Source: Candidatus Methylomirabilia bacterium
GTDB lineage: Bacteria; Methylomirabilota; Methylomirabilia; Rokubacteriales; CSP1-6
DNA: 15,192 bases
Assembly: GCA_041496385.1 (NCBI GenBank)
Contig: JBGQEL010000101.1
Span: 1-15,192 of the forward strand
Direction of reading: 5' to 3'
Below are positions 14,184 through 15,192 of the stretch, one piece after another (position 1 is the stretch's first letter; each line of letters starts with the position of its first letter). The notes under the pieces are model-generated. The model did not search any database, was not told where the DNA came from, and was given only the letters and a program-made list of their open reading frames with translations. The position numbers and the translations under genes were made by a program.

Positions 14184-15070
14184 CGCTCCGCGTGGACGTC
14201 GACACGCGCCGGGGGCTCGAGGAGGGCGTGCCGCGGCTGCTCGACCTCTTCCGGCGAGGCGGCGCGCGCGCCTCGTTCTTCGTCACGATGGGGCCCGACC
14301 GCTCCGGACTGGCCATGCGGCGCGCGCTCCGGCCCGGCTTCCTCCTGAAGATGTGGCGCACGAACGCGCTCCGGCTCTACGGCATCCGCACGCTGCTCTC
14401 GGGGACGCTCCTGCCCGCGCGCCTGGTCGGCGCCGCGATGCCGGCGCTCCTCCGAGCGATCGCCGCCGAGGGCCACGAGGTGGCCCCCCACGGCTGGGAC
14501 CACGTGCGCTGGCAGGACAAGGTCCACCGGATGTCGCCCGCGGCGATTCGCGCCGAGCTGTCGCGCGCGGCGCAGGCGTTCGAGTCGGTGTTCGGCGTGA
14601 AGCCGACGGCCAGCGCGGCGCCGGGCTGGCGGACGTCGCCCGAGGCGCTCTCGCTCCAGGAGGCGCTGGGGCTCCGCTACGCCAGCGACGTGCGCGGCAC
14701 GGCGCCCTTCCGGCCCGCTGTCGACGGGCGGCCGCTCGAGACGCTGCAGGTCCCGACGACGCTGCCCACGCTGGACGAGCTCCTCGGGCGCGCGCGCGAT
14801 CTCCCGGGTGCCTTGCTCGCGGCGCTCCGGCCGGGGCTCAACGTCTTCACGGCCCACGCCGAGGTCGAGGGCGGGCCCCTGCTGGCGACGCTGGGAGAGT
14901 TTCTCGAGGGTGCGCGCCGCGCGGGAGCCGAGGTCACGACGCTGGACGAGACCGCGTCACGCGTCATCGCGAAGGGCGACGACGTTCCCGTGGCGGCCGT
15001 GACCCGTCGCCGCATCGACGGCCGGAGCGGCTGGGTGGCGAGCCAGGGCCTGGCCTGGGTCCGGGCATGA
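14165..15070 (+). CDS. arnD: 4-deoxy-4-formamido-L-arabinose-phosphoundecaprenol deformylase (polysaccharide deacetylase fold)
   Basis: ATG 14165, 301 aa. ALRVDVDTRRGLEEGVPRLL, SFFVTMGPD, FLLKMWRTNA, HGWDHVRWQ, SAAPGW, QVPTTLPTLDE, FTAHAEVEG. Confidence 0.87.
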   Translation: MVQTTVALRVDVDTRRGLEEGVPRLLDLFRRGGARASFFVTMGPDRSGLAMRRALRPGFLLKMWRTNALRLYGIRTLLSGTLLPARLVGAAMPALLRAIAAEGHEVAPHGWDHVRWQDKVHRMSPAAIRAELSRAAQAFESVFGVKPTASAAPGWRTSPEALSLQEALGLRYASDVRGTAPFRPAVDGRPLETLQVPTTLPTLDELLGRARDLPGALLAALRPGLNVFTAHAEVEGGPLLATLGEFLEGARRAGAEVTTLDETASRVIAKGDDVPVAAVTRRRIDGRSGWVASQGLAWVRA

Positions 15071-15083
15071 GGCGAACCAGTGA

Positions 15084-15192
15084 ATGAGAGGCTGGAGGCT
15101 CTGGGCGATCATGGCCCTCCCACTCGTCACCGCCGGCGCTGACGCCCAGCCCGCGCCGCCCGCCGCGCCGCGGCCGGCGCCGATCCGCGTCC
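15084..15192 (+). CDS. Start of a probable secreted protein (truncated by the window end), function unknown
   Basis: ATG 15084, 13 nt after the arnD stop, with GAGG upstream. Reads MRGWRLWAIMALPLVTAGADA-QPAPPAAPRPAPIRV..., i.e. a signal-peptide-like N-terminus with an A-x-A cleavage site and a Pro/Ala linker. Confidence 0.5.
   Translation, partial: MRGWRLWAIMALPLVTAGADAQPAPPAAPRPAPIRV

Overview
Very GC-rich bacterial window holding a tightly packed, mostly + strand cell-envelope biosynthesis locus with many ATGA/GTGA/TGATG gene overlaps. Gene order: (i) 3' end of a DegT/DnrJ/EryC1/StrS (ArnB/PseC-like) sugar aminotransferase and a PaaK/CapK-family adenylate-forming enzyme; (ii) an oppositely oriented Phd/YefM-VapC (PIN) toxin-antitoxin pair with a TATAAT box between twin TGAC-N7-GTCA palindromes; (iii) a large OPX/SLBB polysaccharide export protein with a Gln/Pro-rich repeat region; (iv) an eight-gene type II FAS/PKS-like block: AcpS, His-less FabZ-like hotdog protein, a ketosynthase homologue missing all three catalytic residues (CLF-like), FabG, an unusual 202-aa ACP, FabZ, FabL-type enoyl reductase and an intact FabF; (v) arnC, split arnA (formyltransferase + dehydrogenase-like) and arnD homologues; (vi) the start of a secreted protein. 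The most striking features are the apparently heterodimer-based, fully reducing acyl-chain synthase inside a polysaccharide/aminosugar locus, and its ACP, which appears to carry a second, Ser-less ACP-like segment nested within it. All calls rest on motif recognition by eye; no searches were run.
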